DNA from: Owenia fusiformis
Taxonomy: Eukaryota
Length of the DNA stretch: 64,000 nucleotides
Reading direction: 5' to 3'
NCBI GenBank assembly: GCA_903813345.2
Contig: CAIIXF020000001.1
Location: 33,604,001 to 33,668,000, forward strand
Shown here: positions 25,956-39,279 of the stretch, in pieces
Position numbering within the stretch: position 1 is the first letter of the stretch
Layout: every line of letters starts with the position of its first letter
Notes under the pieces: model-generated
The model's input: the letters and a program-made list of their open reading frames with translations, nothing else
The model's database searches: none
What the model was told of the DNA's origin: nothing
Position numbers and translations under genes: made by a program

Positions 25956-26257
25956 TAACAGCGTCATATAGGACTTTTAGGGTCCAGTGTTGAAATTGTA
26001 GATCACTTTATATATGCTTGCATTTAATATGTAAGGAATCAAAAGAAACTATTGTACCAACAGTAAAATTATAAACCATCATCCCAACATCACTTTTAAA
26101 GTACTAAAATGGTGAAAAACTGCAGAATGTTGATGGAAAATGTGGCTAGGGGATAGGGGTGTCTCTCAAACCCCCCCCCCCCCCCCGGACTAGTAAATGT
26201 GGTATGCCAAAGTCCGATTCAGTTCTACAAATGCTAGGTTTTGCAATTTTGTTGGCC

Positions 26258-26918
26258 TTTTTAGCTCACATGGTGAGCTATTGAAATCAACCACTTGTTC
26301 GTCTGTCTGTCAACAATAGGGGCATGTTTTAAAACCTTTGTCGATAAGATCAATATATCAATACATAAAACTCCCCCATGACTTCTGGTTCAGAAGCTCG
26401 CCCATTTTCAAAATGGCTGGCATTTTTGTCTCGCAAAATTCACTTTTTAGAACATTTGGTAGCTTTATAAATAAATTTTGGTGTCTTCCATTGTAAAAAC
26501 ATATGTTAATGTAAAGAGTAGTAGTATGTAATAATTTGTTACAAAAAGTTGCCAAAAAATCATATCTGTTTTTTATTTTCAGCTATTTTAGTTAACGTTG
26601 ATTTGTCCATCTGTCTCTCAGTTAGTCCACAATAGTGGCACGTTCTAAAACCTCTGTCGATAGGATTCCCGTTTTAAGTTATTTCTCTTGAACATCAATA
26701 CAGAAAGCTCCCCTATGACTCTTGGTTCAGACCTCGACTACTTTCAAAATGGCTGACATTTTTGTCTTACAAAATACACTTCAATCAGTTAATCCATAAT
26801 AGTGGCATGTTTTAAGACCTTGGTCGATAGGATTCCCATTTTATTTTTTGTCTGCCATTTTAGCCATCATTCACTTTTTGAGCAACACCATGTGAGCTCA
26901 GTACCCACGGTTCTATTT
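26258..26918. mobile_element. HINE, short copy of the family at 32120
   Basis: Starts tttttagctcacatggtgagct; ends with the caccatgtgag sub-TIR and a gtacccacggttc hairpin. Confidence 0.8.
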
Positions 26919-27167
26919 ATTATTAGTAGAGGTCATGTTTTGTTAGTATTGAACTTAAGACATTAGAGAGGTTACACACATTCAGGAGAACTAGTATTAG
27001 GACCCCAGAATTGTTGTCCACCTGTCAACTGGTTTAACTTTGGACCTTATTGTTAAAGATATCTTTCCTCACACCTTCATTCTTAATCAGGCAAATGAAG
27101 TGATGTGAAAAATAGCTGATAGGGGACCATAAGTTTAAATGTTTCAAGAACAAGTTAATCAAAATAG

Positions 27168-29923
27168 GGTTATAATGAAAACACGCGCTACGCGCTAACG
27201 CGCCACGCGCCAACGCACTAATAGAAAATGATCCTTCCCCCACGATGTGTGCGCATGTTTTAAGCGCATGTTTATGATTGGTCCATATCCTTGGCCCAGG
27301 GACATGTATAATTAGGGTTATGATTCTCTGGGAACTTGTCATAACATTGACACTTCAAAGACTGCATAAATCACCGCTAACCTGTCAATCAGACTTTGAT
27401 GTTAACTTTGCGGCCGCAGGAAATAAACAAAGCCTCTCGAAAATTACACTTTTCAAGTTACGATTTCTCTAAAAATATAAGACCAATTAAGATGTTCTTT
27501 ACACCGTTAAAAAAAACAGAATTCAACTTTAATTTAGGAAATAATTCCAAAACTAAATGAACGTGTACTTTTCTCTGTATTTGACCTGAAAGAACATGAG
27601 TAACTTAAAATTAATAGATATTTACGGCCAATTACCGGGCAATGATAAAACACGCTCGTCAGGTTTACATTACTTTTTAAATCGTCTCTTATTTAAAACT
27701 TTAATTCCAATCTACATGAACTAAAATGTAATAAAATGAAAATACAATCCTGTTTTTAACAATATTCCTGGTAAAATAGGTAATATAGTTCACTGGGACT
27801 GACGTAATTCAAAACTTTTTAAATCTAAAATCAAATTGAGAAAACGAAAGCAAACATGAAAGGGGGGTTTATAGGGGTATTTGTAATCCATATACACTAT
27901 TTTTCACTGGCCCCTCTTATACCATAAACAGCATTTTCACCCCTTTTACATGTATAACATACAGTGTATGCAATATTTTTCACATCTCCCTATACTACTT
28001 TATTTTACAAAAAGCTCAGGTAAATACTATAGGCCTATATATCTGTACGATAATTGTGAAACTACCGTTGGGAAAAGTTGGGATAACATTCAGAAGGAAA
28101 TAATATAATGCAAGAATCCACGTAGTACTAAATGTATAATCATACGGCAAATAGGCAGTACACAGGCCTGAAGCCAGGGGGGGGGGGGTTCGGAGGGTGA
28201 GTTTGGAATTTTTGAAAAAGTGCCCCCCCCCCTGGGAAATCCTGGTTACGGGCCTGGCATATGGCATATAGATACTACTCTATAGAGATCTGGATTACTC
28301 CCAAAAAATGTGGGACTGATTTGTCAAATCATCGCCACAACCAGGCCCGTAGCCAGAGGGGGAGCTGGCCAGAAATTCTTCCAAAATCATGCAGTTTTTC
28401 ACCATTCTGAGAATTTTTTGCATGATTATTAGCCAAAATTGTGAAAAAGCTCCCCCTGGAAAAAGGCTCCCCCTCCTGGTAAAAGCTGGCTACGGGCAAG
28501 CCCCCACAACTACTTGTGTATTGAAATCTTAGGAGTTAAAAAAACGTTGTTAGTAGTTGACACAGAGCTGAATTTTATCTAAGTAACCACTTACCCAGCT
28601 TATGTCTAACCCAAGTAATTGTGGAAGTGATTTAGAGAAAAATCAACCCCAAATTTACGGGAATAAGCTGGTTTTGCGGTAGTCCTTCAAACTGTACTTT
28701 AAATTTCATAATAGGCTTCTTTTATTCTTTTAAACATATGTTTATTTAACTTGTACGATGCCATTTACGATAAATGTTGCCCCCTCTTATGCAATCGTAC
28801 ACAATAGATTTTCACCCCATGAAAGCGAAAGTGAGTAACCGGGCACGAAACGAAAAATGGAAAAAAATGCGACGCCTGAATTATCCCACCGTTTGGTAAG
28901 TCATGTGAGATTTATCGCATCCTACGACCCCTTTAGATTGTGGTCGTAGGCCCGATTCATTAGTAAGCCTGTGTTTCTACAATGTCGGAGAATGAACTAT
29001 GCATTGCACACATAAATGACCTACCTCGATACATTCCTGAGTATTTTAGAATTCTTTTCATATAGTTGAATCGCAAATTGTATGGGTTTATCGGCAGAAC
29101 GAAGATATTTTCGTTTTTGATAGCAATATTTGCGTGTAATATTTAACTTATTTCAACCGTCAAATTCCTCCATTCTTTTCCCGGCATGCACCAGTCATAA
29201 GGGAAATCCCTGGGGAATTCCCCTTCCGACATTTTGAAAATTGCTGAGATATTTCCGATGTAAAAACCAAAATCTCTTCGTTCTGCCGATAAACCCATAC
29301 AATTGGCGATCTAACAACATAAAAAGAATTCTAAAATACTCTGGAATGTATCAAGGTAGGTCTTTTAATAGTGCAATGCGTAGTTCATTCTCCGACATTG
29401 TAGAAAGACAGGCTTACGAATGAAACGGGCCTACGACCACAATCTAAAGGGGTCGTAGGATGCGATAAATGTGAGATATAACTTCTAATACAAAGAGTAA
29501 GCTTAAAGATATAAAACATCCAGGACTTGAAATTAAGAGGTAACATGCCACAAATATACATAATATTAAGTCATTAGTCAAGAAGTCGGGCCCCCGGCTC
29601 AGATTTCGAAACAGGATTTTTCTCGCCGATGGACCTAAATAATGCAATGAAACAGTGAGCACATTCGACCATTCATCTTGTAAGGTGCTACTTTCTATTT
29701 TATCTTCCTTTTAAATCAGATAAAACAAACTGACAAGCGATAATCTTTGCACAGTTAACGATCAAACATTGGGCTTCTTCATACTTCTGTTTTCTGATGC
29801 GCCACCTTATATCTTCACTTACTCGATTTTTATACATGTTCCCGGGCTTGTGGGAACGATCATTCTGAACAGTGCGTTAGTGCGCTAGCGCGTTAGCGCG
29901 TAGCGCGTGTTTTCATTATAACC
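27168..29923. mobile_element. Mutator-like (MULE) non-autonomous element hosting nested MITEs
   Basis: TIR GGTTATAATGAAAACACGCGCTACGCGCTAACGCG...; 9-bp TSD TCAAAATAG (27159-27167, 29924-29932). Confidence 0.85.
28912..29468. mobile_element. Long-TIR palindromic MITE (Mutator-like)
   Basis: About 200-bp inverted arms TTATCGCATCCTACGACCCC...; 9-bp TSD ATGTGAGAT (28903-28911, 29469-29477). Confidence 0.9.
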
Positions 29924-32119
29924 TCAAAATAGTGCGATTTTAACCTCCCTAATAAATGTAAGTGTTGACACAACTGGTCCGATAGAATCATTTTTTGTTT
30001 GTGTATATTTTTTTACAATAATTTGGTAGAAAACCGGATATTTCATTATTTCATATTATAAACCTTAGAGATGATTATTGTGATTTATAGGAAGGTAATA
30101 TACACCACACACTCAATGGAATAACCCAGATGCGAGTAGAAATAATCTTGATTTACGTCATTAAAAATTCAGAATTCAGTCAAAGTAATATCATATTTGA
30201 AATCTACATCTAAAATTACATCTAGAAATGTGGTTTTAAAAAGTGTTAATCAACTTTGAAAAATTAATTTTCTTTGAAAATGTGACTTCTAGCTCGGGGA
30301 GATTCCCCATAGACCCCATGCTATAAAATCACTAAAATGAAATATCTTTTCTTTTAGTGGACAGATAATATTTTGCTTTACTGGACATATTTTCATTTGT
30401 ATAAGTATCAGACGCATAAGGGTTATATGAAAATTGAGCCACTTAAGTTGATAATATTCAAGTTTAAGGGAACTTTCTTGTATACCTGCCATGTTAATTG
30501 ACCCGAATCAGCCACCTGGTGGTGAAACTGGTAACTACCTACTCGCATTTGGGTAATTAGTTGTGGTGTTTAGACATTTCAAAGATTCTCAATGTTCAAC
30601 ATTTAAGCTAAGTGTGTATGTTTGGAATAGTTATGCAATCCTGATTGGAGTCACATATTGTATTTTCAACTCATTCCATATATGAGGTGAATCATGAAGA
30701 CTGTGGAGAATATCGGTTTTATAAAATGTTTAAAAATGAGAAAATTCAGTTATCTTTTTATTTTTTCTTGCATTTCTGCATTAATTCCCAACATTTATTT
30801 TACAGAGGAGACAAGGTATATATAGTATATATCATGTTCAATACTACTCGTGTATGTAATACCTCATGTATCATCAGTGATCAACCAGATACAGAAAACC
30901 TGTTCAAAGTAAATATGCTATATAAGGACAGCATAAAAATATCATATAGAGAGGTATTCAAAATATCTTAGGTGCTCACATTGGAAACGATTACACACAT
31001 ACAAAGGTCAAACAACTCAAACTGCATAAAACAGTCAACTTGACATTTATAATTGATTGGGAAATTCAGGAGATATATGCTCCATTGATTGAACAGGGTA
31101 TTAGCCACAACTATCCATTCATGAAAATATAGGCAACTTGAAATAAACCGTATCTACACTAATGACATCTTATCTGGGTTTGCTGTACTAGAAGCATAGT
31201 CCCATTGGATCCCATTATATTAGATTATCATAATCCTAATCCCGAAGGAATGATTAAAATATTTTAAGTGATGAAGCATACGTTATGGTACAATCTAACT
31301 TTGCATGAAAAATTGTAAAAAAATTGATGGATGATGGTGAAAATGATGAATGAATTTTGAAAAAATGCTTGTTAATGGGTGGATTAAACACAGATTATGA
31401 GATAATCCAATTGATCTTGGAACCATTCATTGAACTTTTCTTAAAGATGACTCATTGGACTTTCATATGCATTTATTTTTTACAGCCAGAAACTACTCGC
31501 AAAAGAATTATCAACTGTCAAAAATCTGTTGCACTAACTACCCTCACTCTTTAGGGGAGGCATCAAAAGTTCAATGTCGGATTGGAAACTAAATAAATCT
31601 AGTTTTGACTCTGACCCCCCCCCCCCCCTTCCCCCCAAAAACTAAATACCATGAAAGTTGATCGCTGACTTCCGGTTTGAGAATTTGAAAAATTATTGCT
31701 AAACACGATCTATTTTTTTTTGTTAATTCCTATCGTAATTTGCGTCTTTTGTCAACTATTGATAGAATAGAATCCTTTAGAATGATCTTGACGAAGAAAG
31801 CATATGATGTTTCGAAGTTAAAAAAAATCGATATGATGATTTCCCTCTGTTAAATCTATCGACCTCAAAACAATTATGAATAGTAAATATACGAGATAAA
31901 GACTGGATACAAATAAAATAAATGAAAGCCTACAATAGAAGAGGCCCTCAGAAGCTCCTTTAATATAAAATTTGGACACTGAAAAGCCAAGGTCAAGAAC
32001 TCTGTCAAATCTTACATTTCTAACATTCTGTCAATTATCTTTGTCACTATTCATCGTTATTCCTTTATCTTTTTTTCATCACGTAGCTTAAAAACAGCCC
32101 TTTCATTAATGTCACTGTC

Positions 32120-32163
32120 TTTTTTAGCTCACATGGTGAGCTTTTGCAATCGCTCACTTGTCC

Positions 32164-32202
<39 letters not shown>

Positions 32203-33420
32203 CGTCCGTCCGTCCGTCCGTCCGTCCGTCCGTCCGTCCGTCTGTCTGTCTGTCCGTCAACAATAGTGGCACGTTTTAAAACCTCTGTCGATAGGATTCC
32301 TGTTTTAAGTTATTTCTGTTCAACATCAATACAGAAAACTCCCCTATGACTCCTGGTTCAAAAGCTCGCCTATTTTCAAAATGGCCACCATTTTTGTCTC
32401 GTGAAATTCACTTTTGACCCATTTCCTAGCTTTACAAATAATTTCAGGTGTCCTACATTGTAAAAATCCATGTCAATGTAAAGAGAAGATATATGAAATA
32501 ATTTTGTTACAAAAAATCAGCGAAAAATTATATCCATTTTTTTATTTTCAGCCATTTTAGTTAACATTGATTTGTCCATCTGACTCGCGAAATCCACTTT
32601 TCCGTCAACAACAGTGGCACGTTTTAAAACCTCTGTCGATAGGATTCCTGTTTTAAATTATTTCTGTTCAACATTAATACAGAAAACTCCCCTATGACTC
32701 CTGGCTCAAAAGCTCGCCTATTTTCAAAATGGCCGCCATTTTTGTCTCGCGAAATTCACTTTTGACCTATTTCCTAGCTTTACAAATAATATCAAGTGTC
32801 CTACATTGTCAAAATCCATGTCAATGTAAAGAGTAGATGTATGAAATAATTTTGTTACGAAAAATCAGCAAAAAATTGTATCCATTTTTTATTTTCAGCC
32901 ATTTTAGTTAACATTGATTTGTCCATCTGTCTCGCAAAATCCACTTTTGGACCATTTGCCTTAAACCCTCTGTCGATAGGATTCCTGTTTTAAGTTAATT
33001 TTGTTCAACATCAATACAAAAAAACTCTCCTATGACTCTTGGTTCAAAAGCTCGCCTATTTTCAAAATGGAAATGGTCGCCATTCTTGTCTCGCGAAATT
33101 CACTTTTGGCCCATTTCCTAGCTTTACAAATAATTTCAGCAATAAACATCAATAAACAAAAAAAACCTGTGACTCCTGCTTCAAAATCTCGCCTATTTTC
33201 AAAATGGCCACCATTTTTGTCTCGGGGAAATTCACTTTTGGCCCATTTCCTAGCTTTACATATAAGTTCAGGTGTCCTGCATTGTAAAAAGCCATGTCTT
33301 TGTAAAGAGTAGTAGTATGAAATAATTTTGTCACAAAAAATCTGCAAAATATTATACCCGTCTTTTTTATTTTCACTTTTGAGCAACACCATGTGAGTCC
33401 AGTACCCACGGTACTAATTT
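32120..33420. mobile_element. HINE with (GTCT)n(GTCC)n microsatellite and ~349-bp internal tandem repeats
   Basis: Sub-TIR ctcacatggtg / caccatgtgag, 3' hairpin agtacc-cac-ggtact, T-rich flanks, no TSD. Repeat units start at ~32255 and ~32604. Confidence 0.85.
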
Positions 33421-34663
33421 TTCATTTGATTACTCTTACCGATTTTGAGGAATGGCGTCCAGAAAGTAGGTCAACACAAAAAGTTCTCAAAATTCAATGT
33501 ATGAGTTATGACTCAAGCGTAGAATTTTCTCAGGAATCTGAATCTGCAAACCAAATTTCGATCCGACTTCCAGTTTGGAAGTTATGGCGTTTTGATTGCT
33601 CAAAAATCGCCAAATTTGGTCCCCCATGTAAAGTCAATGGGAAAAAAAGATTTTTTGAAGTATAAAATACCAGATATAGACTGAGTACAGCTTGACATAA
33701 TGAATGCCTATGAAAGAAGGAGAGTTCAAAAGCTACGTAGCTTCAAAATGTGGACACCAAAATGCATAGGTCAAAATCTAAGTCAAATTCATAGTTTTTC
33801 CTAATTTTTGCGATTCTGACTCTACACGTTAATGTTTTGTTTCAAAACTTTGTATACATGTAGCAAAGAGTGTGCTAATAGTGTTAGCCTTTTGCCGTCA
33901 GAAAGTATTTTGACCCACTTTTGAGATATGGTGTCCGAAATTTAGGTCAAAATAAAAAATTATCCAAATTTAACTTATGAGTTATGAATTAAGGGTAGAA
34001 TTATCACAGGAATCCGAATCTGCAAACCAAATTTCAACCAGACTTCCAGTTAAGATTCCATGCCATTTCGAAATTCAGATTTGCCAGTATCCACAATACA
34101 GATCCATCAAATATACTTTCAAAAATTCTTATCTACCTACTCAGCTACTTACTCAATTACTTAATCATCTACTTACTCAGCTTCCTACTCAGTTACTTAC
34201 TCAGCTTTTTACTCAACAAAATCAATCTGGAGTCTTAAATTGAACTTTGTTCAATTTACCCCTCTAGTTTATATTGTTATGCAAATAGCTCATGAGATGT
34301 GCCTATGATCACATGGGACACTTATTGAAAAGGGAACATAGATTGCAGTGCTGTGCTTTGCATTGTATTCATAAATATGCTGGAGTATTATATTTTATTA
34401 ATATACATGTAAAAGGGCAGAATAACCATAGATCTGTTAACGAGGCTTTCTCTTCAGACAAGGTCTATCTTGAGTGGATCTACTGCAGAACTAAAGAACA
34501 AGTACTTGTACAGACCCTTAGAATTCTGTTACAATATAATTCCTTCACAAAATTACAATTTCATAGTAGTATGATAAAGAACTGAACCAATTCTTACCTA
34601 GAAGTTGTTGTAAGCTATTAATTATGGACTTGAGGATCTGATGAACTAGATAAAGGTGAAATT

Positions 34664-34728
34664 ATGAGCTTATTTATGCGGTCCCCAGGTTTGCATCGAC
34701 GTGAAGGAGCCAGTAGTCCATCACTATG
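34664..34728 (+). CDS. Candidate alternative first coding exon of PDE4 (MSLFMRSPGLHRREGASSPSL[W])
   Basis: ATG follows an in-frame stop at 34631; consensus donor TG|GTAAGT; phase 2, matching the 62469 acceptor; lies in a non-repetitive island. Confidence 0.4.
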
Positions 34729-37490
34729 GTAAGTGTAAAATAGAATATTCAGTCATGTCAGCCATTGCATGGTGAGAGTTGCATGAGATGAACAGGCTCC
34801 ATGCAATAATTGACTTCTAATTAGCATAGCAGACAACCTTATTCAGAAAGTTTTTTTTTTAATTTACCCATGCCATACATGTGTAGCCATGTTTAAACTT
34901 CCTCATCAAATATATTCATGTCATTTGACAGATTAGATTTATTTGCTTAAGTTGCATTAATTTCCTACTAATATTTTATCATGCATAATGCATCTTGATA
35001 TAAACATAAATGATATAAATATTACTTCCTACCATCCATCATACTATAATACAGTAAAACCTGCGAACATGGAACACTCACCGGACTGGACAAAACTGTT
35101 CCTTGTTGAGAGGGTCCATACTCTTGGCCAACTCAAAAAATGCTGATTAAGCATATATTTATTGTTATGAGCATTTTATACAGCGATTACTAACCAATAA
35201 GAACATCCGATTGAATTAAGTTTGTTTACATGTTCATATAGAGTGCATAAAATATTGGCCTCTGTTGATGTCTTGATGATGAATTACTGATGTGACATAT
35301 AGAAAGTTGCTGCCAAGCACTGAAATTCAAGTTTCATCAACCCCATTTTTATGTTCCCATCACATAATGTGGGGCCATATTGTCAGCCTAGGCGCGTTCG
35401 TCTGTCTGTCCATCTGTCTGTCCATCTGTCCGTCTGTCCATTCGTCCGTACGTCCAGCAGTTTTCTCCAAAACCGCTACAGATATCACCTTAAAATTTTC
35501 AGGGATAACTTATGAGTGCATACAGATATGGATAAAAAAGTTAACTCGATACCTTCTTCCTGTCGGCCATTTTGAAGTCAAATGCTAAAATCCTTGTCCT
35601 CAAACTTGAAGAAAAACGGCTTCACAGTTGCTTTTAAAACTTTAACATCTTGTTCAGCTCACTTCATTCTAGATCTGATTAGGCTATGGACCTGTGAGCT
35701 CAGTCATGTCAGCCATTTTGAATGTTTTAAGAAAAGCAGGATAATACTTTGTATCATATTGAAGCCCCTCTGAAGGGGGGGGGGGTAAACACACAGTACC
35801 ATCGGAACAATGTACTCATATGATCTCGGGGCATTACATTCTTTGGCCAGATAATGATTCCGTATTCACAATTTCTCAGGTCCAAAATCAAATTAAAATG
35901 AAGCTAGCGTCTCAGACGCTCTTCATATGCAAAAAATCCCCCTGAGTAAAACTGGAAGCAATACTCAGGAATTATAGACCGAGAAGTTTATGTGAGATTA
36001 CTGAGGAAACTCAATATACATAAACAATTTATTTTTGTGACCGGTAAGGGATTGCACAGGAGCAAAGTGGAGTCATATGTTGTATTTGCGAATGCAACTA
36101 ACCCCCATTCTGATACTCAAAGCATCTTTCTGTTTCACCTGAAACATCTCAGGGCTGAGAAGAAATGAGATGTCAAACAAATAGCGGGGATGTTTAGGAA
36201 TCATAATGACAGTAGTTTAATTAGCTACCACTTCTGCAATGCTATCACATATTTTCTTACTCTAGGGGTATACACCTGCTCAAAAATCACCATGGCCATT
36301 ATTCCCCTGATTTTGTACCGACCAACCCCCCAGGCTGATCGTCTAAGTGATAACCTAAGAGTAGATAGAAACAACGTAGCAACACAGCTCACATAATTTT
36401 GTTGTGTTATCAATGTAAAGTATACTAAATAACAACATTTCCTGTATTTTTGAGGACAGGAACATTATATAAGCTCAAAGTTATTTAGTGATGCGTCTTA
36501 TTTCAGTGTGATCACATGTCTTTACTTTGGAACAAGGGCATTTTACTTGTGTCAGGCGTTGTCAGAATCCAAATATTCACAATTTCGAAGATGTAATAAA
36601 TCACAATATCGTAAAACATGCAGACAAATCACTGGTGGTAGGCGAATCACAAGGGTTGAATGAAAAATCGGGACATTTTGAATTTAACAGAATAGATATA
36701 GGCGTCATTCCTCAATCTATTACAGAAAGTGGGGAGGAACTCTTAATCGACAGTAAAAACTGCGCAGTGTGAGTGACTTAAGTGGGTGTTAAATCGACTC
36801 AGGAAATGTCAAAATTTTCACATAATTATAAAAGAGATGAAGAAGCAAGGGATATACGAAATTTATAGAAGCCGTGGAATCTGCTGAGAATGTTATAATG
36901 GCAGACAGATCTCTTTTACAATTACTAATTATATATTTTTAAGAACTTGGCCATTGGAACATTTTCTGTTAAATGTGAAGAAAATAATTTTAGACCATGA
37001 TAATTAATAGAATGTTGAATAAATTGCATATTTTCCTATGTATGATTTGCAATATCGTTAACTTTATACAGCATTTATAGTTACCTGTATGTCTTACTCC
37101 AATACTCAGAATGAGTATAAGAAGTCATTTACATTCGATGAATTGTTTTGCATAATATATATTACTGATTCATTGCAGGTCAGGGCCATATGGCTCTTTA
37201 ATCCATTTAATGACCTGTAATTTTTGCCACAGGAGGAACAAAGGCGCAGTCTGAATTAAAAAGTTTTTTTCTACAAATATATTGAATCATTTCAACCATT
37301 ATGCTTATACATGACGTATTAAAGATTTCAATACATTTTGGATACGAGAAGTATAGTGTACACTGTAAGGTTTATGTTACGTATGCATTAGCAGATGGTT
37401 ACGTTAATATTTCTGTGAGGAGGTCGATGTTGTTGTTTATTTGCGTATGGTATACGATTATATAGTATTTGTGAAAATAACACTCACTGA

Positions 37491-37795
37491 CAAGGAGGAT
37501 TGGCTCCCAGAGTGCACCACCGATATTCTGTCCCATATATGGGTATGTCGTAATACAAAATTCGAATTCAAACAGCCGCCATTTTGTTCACTTCAACATT
37601 TAAATCGTGAATTTTGGTCTTATTTCCAAACGAAAAATTCCAAAACTCACAAGAAACGATCGAGATATTGGTTCGAATCTTTTGAACTGTTTATTTTGAA
37701 TTTATAGTCGGTTTTAATTTCAGAAAATAACGACATTTCGACGTTTTCATTGTTGGAAAATATCGAGTTTCGATCCTGGGAGCCAATCCTCCTTG
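37491..37795. mobile_element. 305-bp MITE with 9-bp TSD
   Basis: Perfect 20-bp TIR CAAGGAGGATTGGCTCCCAG; TSD ACTCACTGA (37482-37490, 37796-37804). Confidence 0.9.
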
Positions 37796-39279
37796 ACTCA
37801 CTGAAACACTTGAGGATTATTTAACTTTGAAACGTACATGTAGGTGTTACATCATTAGGTTTTCAAACAAAATTACCCCTTCTCCCCATCCTAATGGTAT
37901 TGGAAATGTGGATTTCCTTCTCAATGAGGATATTCCTCAGGCATTAATTGAAGCATCTTGTTTTTGAGAAAACCATCAATGAATAAAAACAAAGGATTTA
38001 ATAAAACTCCATAGAGATACATGTGCCTGAGTTTTGTGTTACTAGGCATGATGTTTGAGATATGTTAAACACCAGTGTAAAGGGTCAACATAAATTTACC
38101 ATAGTTCATGCTCTCAACATTTCATGCCTATCTCCTAAGAGGTCAAGCAGTCTGACACTCCCTTTTTCAATTCCAATGAATTGACATTTCTGCATCTAAA
38201 ACTTCTATTTTGTTCAGAAATCTCAATTCTTTTTAGCAATGGAATTAGGATTGTAAGGGATGATTTGGTGCAAACATTTTACACTCTCTTGGAGGTTGGA
38301 ATGTAAAATGGAATTCTCCACTCTCATATAGCTAATTCATCACTGTAGTCCTTTACAAGTCAGCATCACACCAGAAGTCATGAACTAGGTCATGTTGATT
38401 CATTTTCAAAAATAAGCTGAAATATTCATATTTTTCTAGTATAATCTAATCATCATGCAGCTAAGTCAACATAATATGTTATATTTAAGACTGGTAATTT
38501 CCATTCTCATCACATCTATCTGTTTTTCATCGGTATGGAATTGCAAAGTTTTCTACCATACTGATGTACATTATATATGTAAGATCCTAGATGCAACTCA
38601 ATTGAAAGTTATGACACTCGGATAATCTATTGCATTAAATAATAAATTATCATATCATATCTTAATCATATTAATACTAATTAATACCAACAGCTCCTGA
38701 GTTATGTGAAAAATAATGAGGCCAATGAAGAAATCAATACAGAATAAACATGTACTTCTTGTAGATAAAATAGTCAATATGAAAGCATATTTCCAACTGT
38801 AAACAAATATGCCTTTGTTTATATAGAGTAAAAGAAGCACCCTGGATCAATAGACTTATTCATTTTTATAGCATTACAAAATACGATAGAGAATTGATCA
38901 AAAAACTGATGTACCCACCGAGAAATCAATTGACAAATTAAGAACTGGTACTTGTACAACAATTATAGAATTTTCAAGAAATATTTTGACGCAGTGAAAT
39001 ATCTTTTTGATGATATTTAAAATGAGGCCTTGGGTCTGATAATCTAGAAAACAATGAGTATCCATATGAAAGGCTAATTTTTTAACATTTTCACAGTGGC
39101 AGTGATGGCGATGAGGGAGATAAGGGTTGAAATTGCTTTTAGGACAAATAAACTTTTATTATTCTATAGTGTCTGAAAAAGTATAAATATTTGTGCATAT
39201 ATCCTGACTAGCAGAAAAATGTTGTGTGTTGATATGCTAAATATCAACTACATTTAGATATCAACCTTTTTAGTTATAT

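Noticed and set aside
36527..36772. Exon-like ORF or Penelope RT fragment (NIVKHADK)
   Set aside because: The similarity is too short and there are no further motifs.
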